Source: Eubacteriales bacterium
Lineage (GTDB): Bacteria; Bacillota; Clostridia; Oscillospirales; CAG-272
Assembly (NCBI GenBank): GCA_045126855.1
Contig: JBGVPG010000024.1
Span: 47,467-111,466 of the forward strand
Direction of reading: 5' to 3'
Length of the DNA stretch: 64,000 nucleotides
The translations under genes were made by a program, and so were the position numbers. This document shows, piece by piece, positions 1 to 7,820 of this stretch (positions are counted from its first letter, which is position 1; every line of letters begins with the position of its first letter). The notes under the pieces are model-generated. The model made no database searches. It saw nothing but the letters and a program-made list of their open reading frames with translations, and was not told where the DNA came from.

Positions 1-72
1 TAATTTTATGCTGAAAAGGGGATATAAAATCAGCAATACTTAAAATAAAGTAAAAATATAAGAGTCCTGCTA

Positions 73-101
73 ATTATACTACAATTTGACAGATTTGTCA
101 A
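73..101 (-). promoter_or_regulatory. sigma-A-type promoter (TTGACA-17-TATAAT) firing leftward out of the window
   Basis: The minus strand reads TTGACAaatctgtcaaattgtagTATAAT. The -35 box lies inside a TTGACA/TGTCAA palindrome. Confidence 0.5.
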
Positions 102-134
102 GCATTTCGGGCTTTTTATGATTTGCCATAAAAT

Positions 135-170
135 TGGCAAAAGAAAAGGATACCCGCATAGAGTATCCTT
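135..170 (-). terminator. rho-independent terminator of the tRNA-Ser-like gene
   Basis: The minus strand has hairpin AAGGATAC(tctatgcgg)GTATCCTT followed by TTCTTTT, immediately 3' of the encoded GCCA tail. Confidence 0.7.
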
Positions 171-172
171 GT

Positions 173-262
173 TGGCGCAGAGGGACCCAAACCAACCCTC
201 GTGTGCTTTTGGCACAAACTGATTTCGAGTCAGCCCCGTTATGACCGCTTCGATACCTCTGC
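173..262 (-). tRNA. tRNA-Ser(CGA)-like gene, 90 nt, possibly a pseudo-tRNA or tRNA-like RNA because the T arm is non-canonical
   Basis: Minus-strand parse: GCAGAGG/TA/TCG-AAGCGGTCATAA-CGG/G/GCTGA-CTCGAAA-TCAGT/long variable hairpin TGTGC-CAAAA-GCACA/GAGGG-TTGGTTT-GGGTC/CCTCTGC-G-CCA. Acceptor, D, anticodon (CGA) and class II variable arms, discriminator G and CCA are all canonical. The T stem has only 2 of 5 pairs, and the T loop lacks C56 and A58. Confidence 0.55.
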
Positions 263-280
263 GTATAAAAAACATATTAA

Positions 281-311
281 ATTTTACAGAATTTTGATAG
301 AAAACTGTCAA
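281..311 (-). promoter_or_regulatory. candidate promoter of the tRNA-Ser-like gene (TTGACA, 19-nt spacer, TAAAAT)
   Basis: The minus strand reads TTGACAgttttctatcaaaattctgTAAAAT about 20 nt upstream of the tRNA 5' end. The spacer is longer than optimal. Confidence 0.35.
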
Positions 312-321
312 CCAGCCTTCA

Positions 322-535
322 AAAAATCCTCACACTAAATTCCGGAAAAGTGAGAGTTTACAAGGAACTAGAGATACGAAATAGTGACGAAACCGAGTTT
401 CTTTCGAGTCAGCCCCGTTATGACCGCTTCGATACCTCTGCATAGATATGATGCAACAGCGTGCATCCTTGTCAGGCGTAGGGTGAGGATATATTCGCCA
501 AGGGCGAAATACCTCTTTATGATGCGTACTGTGTA
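322..535 (-). ncRNA. candidate composite small RNA: degenerate tRNA-like remnant, hairpin, perfect 5' half of tRNA-Ser-like gene, unrelated 3' part and weak terminator
   Basis: A promoter-like sequence at 541-575 resembles the one at 281-311. The remnant AGAGGTAT...CCTCACCCTACGCC lies at 475-518. Hairpin GATGCA(cgctgt)TGCATC lies at 449-466. The 40-nt tRNA half is at 402-441. CTCAC...GTGAG plus a T6 run lies at 322-354. Confidence 0.3.
402..441 (-). repeat. perfect 40-nt copy of positions 223-262, covering the acceptor 5' strand through the anticodon loop of the tRNA-Ser-like gene
   Basis: The identical string tttcgagtcagccccgttatgaccgcttcgatacctctgc occurs at both loci. Identity ends exactly in the anticodon loop. 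Confidence 0.9.
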
Positions 536-775
536 CATTTTATTTAAGGAACTTTGATAAAACACTGCCTACCAAAAATTCCGTTTGCATTTTCACGCTC
601 AATGAGTATATCATACTTTACACAAAAAATCAAGTGGTTATTTAAAAAAAGATAAAAATAATGAGCATATAATTGTGACTTGATCACAGAGGAGTAAAAT
701 AACTCTTGACTATTCATAATATCTATGATAAAATTAAAATAGAAAATAAGATTACCTTCTGAAAGGAGGAAAAAT

Positions 776-1999
776 ATGAAAAGTCGAAACTATGAGCACT
801 TGAGTCAGGAAATGTCTGATCGTATCAGATATGACAGAGAGCATGGAATCCGCCCAAATTTTGCGGCAGACGGAAGTAAAGCACAGAGAAGGGATATGTT
901 ATCGGATAGAGAATCTGCGTGGCGCCCTGCATATCTCAGGGACGTTGACAAGATACTTCATAGCCCATATTACAACAGGTATACGGATAAAACCCAGGTT
1001 TTCTCGTTCTATAAGAATGACGATATTACAAGACGAGCCTTGCACGTACAGCTTGTTTCAAGAACCGCCCGTACACTTGGAGCTGCTCTTGGCTTAAATC
1101 TTGATCTTATTGAGGCTATTTCCTTGGGACATGATATCGGTCACACCCCCTTTGGACACGCAGGTGAGAGATACATCAGCGAGGTATATCACGCAGAGAC
1201 CGGTCGTTATTTCAATCATAACGTACACAGCGTCAGAGTTCTTGACAGGATTTTTGATCATAACATCACCTTAGATACACTTGACGGAATTATCGGCCAT
1301 AACGGTGAGTTTGAAATGGACGAATATCGTCCTGCGACTTTGGAGAACTTTGAAGCCTTTGACAAAATGGTTGAGAGCTGCTACGTTGATGAATCAAATA
1401 TAATCAAGATTATTCCTTCTACACTTGAGGGATGTGTTGTTCGCGTATCGGATATAATTGCCTATCTCGGCAAGGACCGCCAGGATGCGGTAAGAGCAGG
1501 GTTGCTTGATTCCTCGCTCGACATTGGTGATGCTGGCATTGGTACAATTAACTCCGATATTATGAATAACCTTATGGTTAATATTATCGAAAACAGCTAC
1601 GGAGAGCCCTATATCAAGCTTGATGCAGAGCATTATCAGAGCATGAGCCAGGCAAAGCGTGATAATTACGAGCAGATTTACAAGAAGGATCACGTATCTA
1701 AGGTTCTCGATGAGACCGTCAGACCTATGATGCACAGAATGTATTATCAGCTTCTTAGCGATCTGAAGTCAGGAAAGAAGTCCTCTCCCATTTTTAAGCA
1801 TCACGTGGACTTTGTTCTTAATAATCATTATGCACACAGCAAGCCCTATCTTGAGACGGAACCCAATCAGATCGTTGTGGACTATATTGCATCAATGACC
1901 GATGATTACTGCACTGAGCTTTATAAGTTCTTGTTCCCAAGAAGCAAGGTGGATATTCAGTATCATGGATATTTCGAGGAGCTCGAACCTGTAAAATAA
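776..1999 (+). CDS. dgt: dGTP triphosphohydrolase-like HD-domain protein
   Basis: 407-aa ORF with RBS GGAGG. It carries the HD motif LGHDIGHTPFGHAGE typical of the Dgt family. An upstream promoter reads TTGACT-17-TAAAAT. Confidence 0.8.
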   Translation: MKSRNYEHLSQEMSDRIRYDREHGIRPNFAADGSKAQRRDMLSDRESAWRPAYLRDVDKILHSPYYNRYTDKTQVFSFYKNDDITRRALHVQLVSRTARTLGAALGLNLDLIEAISLGHDIGHTPFGHAGERYISEVYHAETGRYFNHNVHSVRVLDRIFDHNITLDTLDGIIGHNGEFEMDEYRPATLENFEAFDKMVESCYVDESNIIKIIPSTLEGCVVRVSDIIAYLGKDRQDAVRAGLLDSSLDIGDAGIGTINSDIMNNLMVNIIENSYGEPYIKLDAEHYQSMSQAKRDNYEQIYKKDHVSKVLDETVRPMMHRMYYQLLSDLKSGKKSSPIFKHHVDFVLNNHYAHSKPYLETEPNQIVVDYIASMTDDYCTELYKFLFPRSKVDIQYHGYFEELEPVK

Positions 2000-2000
2000 A

Positions 2001-2028
2001 AAAATGCACTCGAAAGAGTGCATTTTTT
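2001..2028. terminator. bidirectional rho-independent terminator (dgt and rpsR converge)
   Basis: Hairpin AAAATGCACTC(gaaa)GAGTGCATTTT is flanked by A and T runs. Confidence 0.75.
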
Positions 2029-2044
2029 ATATCCAATTTAATAA

Positions 2045-2290
2045 TTAGTTGGAAATGTAGGGGAGAAGTGCCATCTGGCGAGCTCTCTTGATAGCTACGG
2101 TGAGCTGTCTCTGGTGGAGAGCGCAGTTGCCGGAAACACGTCTGGGGAGAATCTTAGCTCTCTCAGAGGTGAACTTTCTAAGCTTAGCGATATCCTTGTA
2201 ATCGATCTCGGTAACCTTATCCTGGCAGAAGATGCAAACCTTCTTTCTTCTATGGTTCTGACGGAATGCAGGACGATTATTGTTTTCCAT
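2045..2290 (-). CDS. rpsR: 30S ribosomal protein S18
   Basis: Contains RRKKVCIFC...DYKD...[33 protein letters not shown] prefer the ATG at 2290 with RBS GGAAAGGTG over the GTG at 2302. Confidence 0.95.
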   Translation of the reverse strand: MENNNRPAFRQNHRRKKVCIFCQDKVTEIDYKDIAKLRKFTSERAKILPRRVSGNCALHQRQLTVAIKRARQMALLPYISN

Positions 2291-2373
2291 GAGTTTTATC
2301 ACCTTTCCGACTCACGATTTCTATATTGCATCAACCACAGTGAGCCTAGCGGCTGATGGACGAGTTGCCCAAA

Positions 2374-2835
2374 TTAGAAGGGAAGGCTCTCGTCGCCGGG
2401 AATTTCTTCAAAATCAGCACTGCCTGTGCTGTTGAAAGAGGGAGCGCCGTATGCCGAGGGAGTGTAATTCTGTCCCTGGGGCTTGCCCTCGCCGTTGCTT
2501 TGAGAAGCGGCAGGTGCTCCGAAGCTAACCTCATCGGCTACAACCTCGGTGGCGTATCTCTTCTGGCCGTTGTTGTCAGTCCAATTTCTTGTCTGAATGC
2601 TTCCGCAAATTACAATGCTACTTCCTTTTTTGAAGTAACGGGAAACAAACTCAGCCTGTTGTCTCCATGTAACGATGTTAATGAAGTCTACAGACTGCTG
2701 ACCCTGCTCAGCCTTGGAATAGCGACGGTTAACACCGATAGAGAAGCTGCAAACGGAAATGCCGCTTGTAGTCTGCTTAAGCTCGGGATCTGCCGTCATG
2801 TGGCCCATAAGAATGACCTTGTTTAAATCTGCCAT
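2374..2835 (-). CDS. ssb: single-stranded DNA-binding protein
   Basis: The N-terminal OB fold reads MADLNKVILMGHMTADPELKQT. It has a Gly/Gln/Pro-rich linker and an acidic tail ending in DESLPF. Confidence 0.95.
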   Translation of the reverse strand: MADLNKVILMGHMTADPELKQTTSGISVCSFSIGVNRRYSKAEQGQQSVDFINIVTWRQQAEFVSRYFKKGSSIVICGSIQTRNWTDNNGQKRYATEVVADEVSFGAPAASQSNGEGKPQGQNYTPSAYGAPSFNSTGSADFEEIPGDESLPF

Positions 2836-2892
2836 AGTTATATGACCATCCTTTCAATAAAAAGTATGCAGATAAACTGCTTAGTTGCGAAA

Positions 2893-3258
2893 TTAAGCCT
2901 CGGTTACTTCAACCTCAGCGGTAGCTTCGGGAGCTTCAACAACTTCCTCAGCCTTAGCTGCCTTCTCGATCTTGGTGGTGGTCATGTAACGAAGAACGCC
3001 TTCGGTAATGCCAAGCACACGCTCAAGCTCAAGAGGGAAGCTGGGTTCGCTCTTATAGGAAACAAGCACGTAGTATCCTTCGGTGATGTAGTTGATAGGA
3101 TACGCAAGTCTGCGCTTGCCCCACTCGTTAACTTCAACGTCAGAACCGTTGTCGTTAATGAGGTTAACGAACTTCTCGATAACAGCCTTAGCATCATCCT
3201 CAACAAGGTTGCCGCTTACTGCAAAGAGAGTCTCGTAAGAACAAATCTTCTTTTCCAT
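2893..3258 (-). CDS. rpsF: 30S ribosomal protein S6
   Basis: Contains YETLFAV...EVNEWGKRRLAYPI...GYYVL. It sits in the conserved rpsF-ssb-rpsR order. Confidence 0.95.
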   Translation of the reverse strand: MEKKICSYETLFAVSGNLVEDDAKAVIEKFVNLINDNGSDVEVNEWGKRRLAYPINYITEGYYVLVSYKSEPSFPLELERVLGITEGVLRYMTTTKIEKAAKAEEVVEAPEATAEVEVTEA

Positions 3259-3366
3259 CTGATTTTTACCTCCTTTTGGTCATTTGGCTGCCGCGTGGCA
3301 GCAAGGGGTTGAGCACACTAGCCCAAACTACCTGAGTATTATATCACAAGCAATTCACTTTGTCAA
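3259..3366 (-). promoter_or_regulatory. rpsF promoter (TTGACA-17-TATAAT) plus a structured 5' UTR of about 70 nt, a possible S6:S18 autoregulatory leader
   Basis: The minus strand reads TTGACAaagtgaattgcttgtgaTATAAT at 3338-3366. The UTR contains hairpin GCTGCC(acgc)GGCAGC just upstream of the RBS. Confidence 0.4.
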
Positions 3367-3455
3367 TAGCAAAATAAAATATTTTTTATTATAGGTTGAT
3401 TTTTATGAAATAATATTGTATAATATTGTAGAAATGCAGTAAGGAGGTGGTTTGG

Positions 3456-4286
3456 GTGACAGTACTCGAAAAGGCAAATGCTAAAATTAATCTTTTCCTT
3501 GACGTTACGTCACGCAGGGAAGATGGATTCCACGACATTAAGAGTGTTATGCAATCGGTATCCCTTTGCGATTACATTAGGTTAAGCGCTGAGGTAAGCG
3601 AAAAAACAATGATATCCATAACCACGAATCACTCCGATCTTCCTTTGGATGAAAACAATTTAGTTTATAAGTCTGCCGTAAAATATCTCAAACATTTTGG
3701 CATAAGAGCAAAGATAGATGTTGATCTTGAAAAGCATATCCCTGTCGGCGCAGGCCTGGGAGGAGGCTCGAGCGATGCAGCAGCAACCCTGCGTGCTTTG
3801 AATAAGATATTTGGTCATGCAACAGAGACAGAGTTGCTTTCTATGGCGGCAGACCTTGGCAGTGATGTTCCTTTCTGCCTTGTTGGCGGAACGGCAATAT
3901 GTACCGGTAGGGGAGAAAAAATGGAGAGAATACAGGGGAACAATTATCATCTTGTTATTTCTATAGGAAACATGAGGGTTTCCACTCCTAAGGCATATGC
4001 TATGCTAGATGATAAATATAACAACTTTTACTCGTCATCCTACACGCCTAAGATAGATGTAACATCATTTTACAATATCTTTGAGAGCGTAACTGATATA
4101 GATGAAATAGGCCGTATTAAAGAAATTATGATAAAAAACGGAGCAGAACAGGTTTTGATGAGTGGAAGTGGTCCTTCCGTTTTTGGTATATTCGAGAACG
4201 AGAATGTAGCAACTGAGGCTCGAAACAGACTTGTGGATGCTGGCTTTGTTGCCTTTGTTGCCACCTCTGAAGGAGGAAATTACTAA
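3456..4286 (+). CDS. ispE: 4-diphosphocytidyl-2-C-methyl-D-erythritol kinase
   Basis: Contains KINLFLDV..RR.DG.H and the GHMP motif PVGAGLGGGSSDAAATL. The GTG at 3456 lies 8 nt after GGAGG, and the GTG at 3447 is an alternative. Confidence 0.9.
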   Translation: MTVLEKANAKINLFLDVTSRREDGFHDIKSVMQSVSLCDYIRLSAEVSEKTMISITTNHSDLPLDENNLVYKSAVKYLKHFGIRAKIDVDLEKHIPVGAGLGGGSSDAAATLRALNKIFGHATETELLSMAADLGSDVPFCLVGGTAICTGRGEKMERIQGNNYHLVISIGNMRVSTPKAYAMLDDKYNNFYSSSYTPKIDVTSFYNIFESVTDIDEIGRIKEIMIKNGAEQVLMSGSGPSVFGIFENENVATEARNRLVDAGFVAFVATSEGGNY

Positions 4287-5035
4287 TGATTTACGACCTT
4301 CTCGCCCCTTTTTATGATTCGATCAACGCTGATATAAACTACGGGAAGTGGGCAGATTTTATTGAGGAAATATTGAAAAGAGAGTGCAAAGCTCGCCCTG
4401 AGCTAGTCCTTGACCTTGGATGTGGCACTGGGAAAATGACCATAGAGCTGGCAAGACGTGGATACGATATGACCGGTATTGATTATTCCCCCGAAATGCT
4501 TGATATTGCCAGGTCTGAGGCTGAAAATGAAGGACACGACATTCTTTGGCTGTGCCAGGATATGCGTGAATTCGAGCTTTACGGTACGGTAGATGCCGCA
4601 GTAAGCTGCCTAGATTGTATTAATCATCTTGAAGATGAAGATGATCTCATAAAATGCTTTTCTCTTATGCACAATTATCTTATTCCGGACGGAATATTTA
4701 TTTTTGACGTGAATGGAAGGTATAAATTTGAGAATATTTATGCCGACAATACCTATGCTATGGAGGAGGATGGAGGACTTTGTGTTTGGGAGAATTACTA
4801 CGACCCCGAAGCAAAGCTTTGCGATTTTTACATCACTCTCTTTAAGGAGTGTGCTGACGGCAGATATGAGAGATATGACGAAACGCAGTCAGAGAGAATG
4901 TATACGTTAAAAGAATTGCGAAATGCTCTTGAAAAATGTGATATGGAATTTCTTGGCGCATACGGCGATTTCGAATTTTCTCCCGGAAGTGATGATAATG
5001 AACGAATATATATAGTAGCAAAATGCAGAAAGTGA
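4286..5035 (+). CDS. class I SAM-dependent methyltransferase
   Basis: SAM motif I is VLDLGCGTGKMT. The start overlaps the ispE stop. Confidence 0.75.
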   Translation: MIYDLLAPFYDSINADINYGKWADFIEEILKRECKARPELVLDLGCGTGKMTIELARRGYDMTGIDYSPEMLDIARSEAENEGHDILWLCQDMREFELYGTVDAAVSCLDCINHLEDEDDLIKCFSLMHNYLIPDGIFIFDVNGRYKFENIYADNTYAMEEDGGLCVWENYYDPEAKLCDFYITLFKECADGRYERYDETQSERMYTLKELRNALEKCDMEFLGAYGDFEFSPGSDDNERIYIVAKCRK

Positions 5036-5040
5036 ATAAT

Positions 5041-5934
5041 ATGGAAAATAAAAATATTGCAAATTCGACAATACTTAGAGCCATGACACGTGATGGCTCT
5101 GCTCGTGTTCTGGTAATTAATTCAAGAAAAATTGTAAACGATGCTATCGGTTTCCACAAAACCTCTCCAACCGCGTCTGCCGCTCTTGGAAGACTTTTGA
5201 CTGCAACCTCGATGATAGGTACAATGCTTCCCGAGGAAGGGGACAATGTAACAATCAGTATTCAGGGTGATGGTGAGGCAGGCAGACTACTTGCGGTTGG
5301 CGATTATTTCGGTAACGTCAAGGGATATATTCAGAACCCTCTTGCAAATCCTCCCAAGAAGCCAAACGGAAAGCTTGACGTTGGCGCAGCAGTAGGCGAG
5401 GGAACTATTTCCTTTGTTAAGTCGGTCGGAGCTATTGAGCCTCAGGTTGGAACTATCGAACTTGTTTCGGGAGAGATTGCAGAGGACATTGCGACATATT
5501 TTGCAAAGAGTGAGCAGATTCCTACTGTGCTTTCTTTGGGAGTCCTCGTTGATACCGATTATTCCTGTCTTGCTTCGGGAGGCGTGCTTATTCAGCTTAT
5601 GCCTTTTCCCGATGAGGAGACCGTTGACCTCATTGAGCGTAATGCGGCAGATCTTGTGAATATTTCCAGATACTTCAGAGATGGCAAAACTAACGAAGAA
5701 ATAATGGAGATCGCTATGCGCGATATTCCATTTGATATTTTCGACAGTATTGAAGTTGGCTACAAGTGCGACTGTTCGGCTCATCGTATGCAGGAAAAGA
5801 TCAAGAGCCTTGGTAAAGCTGAGATCCTCAAGATGCTTGACGAACAGGTTGCAGAGGGCAAGGCCCGTGAGCTTACTGCCATTTGCCGTTTCTGTAATAG
5901 CGAATATACCTTCAGCGAAAAAGAGCTTGTATAA
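5041..5934 (+). CDS. hslO: redox-regulated chaperone Hsp33
   Basis: The C-terminal zinc centre is CDCS...CRFC, with a conserved Hsp33 N-domain. The ORF is open from 5023, and I prefer the ATG at 5041. Confidence 0.9.
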   Translation: MENKNIANSTILRAMTRDGSARVLVINSRKIVNDAIGFHKTSPTASAALGRLLTATSMIGTMLPEEGDNVTISIQGDGEAGRLLAVGDYFGNVKGYIQNPLANPPKKPNGKLDVGAAVGEGTISFVKSVGAIEPQVGTIELVSGEIAEDIATYFAKSEQIPTVLSLGVLVDTDYSCLASGGVLIQLMPFPDEETVDLIERNAADLVNISRYFRDGKTNEEIMEIAMRDIPFDIFDSIEVGYKCDCSAHRMQEKIKSLGKAEILKMLDEQVAEGKARELTAICRFCNSEYTFSEKELV

Positions 5935-5995
5935 TAGCATAGAAATCCTCGGAGCATATAATGAACCGAGGATTTCTTTTGGTTGAGGTGATTGT

Positions 5996-6541
5996 ATGAA
6001 TTTTGAGGGATTAAATTGCTTTTTATCCGAGGATAACATAAAGAGGCATAGGGAGTTTCTTAATACGGCAAGGTTGAAATTATCAATTTTACATAAAAGC
6101 GATAGCAGACTCAAGGGAATTACCCTTGATGAGGCAAGAAGACTCAGGGGAGACAGATCGCTTAGAGAAGAGCTTTGCAGTCTGTTATGGTGCATAAATT
6201 CTCATGAGGCTTATTTTGATTCATTTAGGGTCAATCCCTACGTCAATCCAAGGAAAAGGACAATGTCGGAAAAAATGTTATATGATATTTATTCCTTAGG
6301 AATGAGCAAGGACCACGGATTCATATGCATTTCAGGCGAATGCGACAACGTTAAGCTTTCCTTTTCTGATGAGAATAACCGATTTGAAAATTTTGATGGT
6401 AAAATTCTTTGCCTTGATCTTTATGAGCACGCATACTTTTTGGATTACGGATATAATAAGGACAAATATCTAAAAAATGCTATTAACCATTTAAACATAG
6501 GCAGAGTACTTGACAATTCCCAGGGAAAAGCGTATAATTAA
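5996..6541 (+). CDS. short, divergent Fe/Mn superoxide dismutase-family protein
   Basis: 181 aa. The C-terminal CLDLYEHAYFLDYGYNKDKYL resembles the SOD signature D.WEHAYYLDY.N.R..Y. His residues in KRHREF and NSHEAYF align with the other two ligands. Confidence 0.55.
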   Translation: MNFEGLNCFLSEDNIKRHREFLNTARLKLSILHKSDSRLKGITLDEARRLRGDRSLREELCSLLWCINSHEAYFDSFRVNPYVNPRKRTMSEKMLYDIYSLGMSKDHGFICISGECDNVKLSFSDENNRFENFDGKILCLDLYEHAYFLDYGYNKDKYLKNAINHLNIGRVLDNSQGKAYN

Positions 6542-6566
6542 ATAAAAACATAAGGACGGTATAAAA

Positions 6567-7787
6567 ATGGCAATCATAAGAGGTAATGCAGTTGTTGGTC
6601 AGTCCGGCGGTCCTACTGCTGCCATTAATGCAACACTCGCAGGTGTTATCAGAGGCGCATTTGAAGCTCACTGTGCAGGCGTAATCGATAAGATATATGG
6701 TATGAGAAACGGCATTGAGGGGCTCCTTGAAGAAAGAATGGTTAACCTTACCGAGTTTTTTGCCAACGAAGAGGACATCGAGACTCTTGAACTTACTCCT
6801 GCTGCCGCACTCGGATCCTGCAGAAAAAAGATGAAGTCTCCCAAAGATGACCCTGAGACCTACGAAAGACTCTTCGAGATTTTCAAGAAATACGATATCA
6901 GATACTTTTTCTATATCGGTGGAAACGACTCTATGGATACCGTACTAAAACTGTCGCAATATGCAGCTGAGCACGAATATGAGATGCGTGTCGTTGGCGT
7001 TCCAAAGACTATTGACAACGACCTTATGATTACCGATCATACACCTGGATTTGGTTCTGCCGCAAAATATGTGGCTATTACAATGAAAGAGATTCTTCGT
7101 GACGTATCGGTTTATACGACCAAGGCGGTCACTATCGTTGAGATCATGGGAAGGGATGCAGGCTGGCTAACCGCTTCCGCTGCTCTTGCCGAGCCGGATC
7201 TTATATACCTGCCGGAGGTTAAGTTTGATCCCGATGAGTTCCTTTCATCTATAAGACGAATTCAGGAGGAGCATCCTGCTGTGCTTGTTGCGGTTTCCGA
7301 GGGAATCAGGTTCGCCGACGGACGCTACGTCGGAGAAGGCCTTGGTGGAAGAAAGGTTGATGCATTCGGCCACGTAGCTCTCTCGGGGGCGGGCAGAGTG
7401 CTCGAAGATCTTGTTAAGCAGGAAATAGGTTGCAAGGTAAGATCCATTGAACTGAATCTTCCCCAGCGATGCGCCGCGCATATCGCCTCGAAAACAGATA
7501 TTGATGAATCGGTTGGCGTTGGACGTGCAGCAGTTGAGGCTGCCACCAAAGGTAAAACCGGAGTAATGATGACTATTAATAGGGCAGAAGGGGATAAATA
7601 CTCTGTATTTTACGATTCCTTTGACATTTCACAAATTGCAAACGGAGTAAAGCGTGTACCACGGGAATTTATTAACGCCGAAGGTAACCACATTACTCTT
7701 GCTTGCGTGAAATATCTCGCGCCGCTGATTGTTGGTGAGGTTTTCCCTGAATTTGAAAACGGACTTCCTAAGCATATAGTTATTTAA
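6567..7787 (+). CDS. pfp: 6-phosphofructokinase, probably the PPi-dependent type
   Basis: Contains GGPTAAINA, GGNDSMDT, PKTIDNDL (Lys rather than Gly, as in PPi-PFKs) and MGRDAGWL. Confidence 0.85.
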   Translation: MAIIRGNAVVGQSGGPTAAINATLAGVIRGAFEAHCAGVIDKIYGMRNGIEGLLEERMVNLTEFFANEEDIETLELTPAAALGSCRKKMKSPKDDPETYERLFEIFKKYDIRYFFYIGGNDSMDTVLKLSQYAAEHEYEMRVVGVPKTIDNDLMITDHTPGFGSAAKYVAITMKEILRDVSVYTTKAVTIVEIMGRDAGWLTASAALAEPDLIYLPEVKFDPDEFLSSIRRIQEEHPAVLVAVSEGIRFADGRYVGEGLGGRKVDAFGHVALSGAGRVLEDLVKQEIGCKVRSIELNLPQRCAAHIASKTDIDESVGVGRAAVEAATKGKTGVMMTINRAEGDKYSVFYDSFDISQIANGVKRVPREFINAEGNHITLACVKYLAPLIVGEVFPEFENGLPKHIVI

Positions 7788-7791
7788 ATAG

Positions 7792-7819
7792 AAAAAGTGC
7801 CGATTATTCGGCACTTTTC
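7792..7819. terminator. bidirectional terminator between pfp and the Gly-rich membrane protein gene
   Basis: Hairpin AAAGTGCCGA(ttat)TCGGCACTTT is flanked by A and T runs. Confidence 0.75.
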
Positions 7820-7820
7820 T

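Noticed and set aside
776-1999. The dGTPase-like HD protein as a possible anti-phage dNTP-depletion defence gene.
   Set aside because: It is a single gene with its own housekeeping-type promoter, set among ribosomal and SSB genes. It has no neighbouring defence or mobile genes. This looks like the ordinary Firmicute Dgt homologue.
2356-3312. Plus-strand ORFs of 156 aa each, opposite ssb and rpsF.
   Set aside because: They are shadow ORFs of conserved ribosomal and SSB genes.
5287-6195. A 302-aa minus-strand ORF antisense to hslO and the SOD-like gene. Similar antisense ORFs occur at 31660-32187, 36345-37259, 43154-43876, 62499-63125 and 63109-63969.
   Set aside because: All lie opposite confidently identified conserved genes (hslO, dnaX, pckG, era, rpsP/khpA and ffh). 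They have no recognisable motifs or RBS. I treat them as shadow ORFs.
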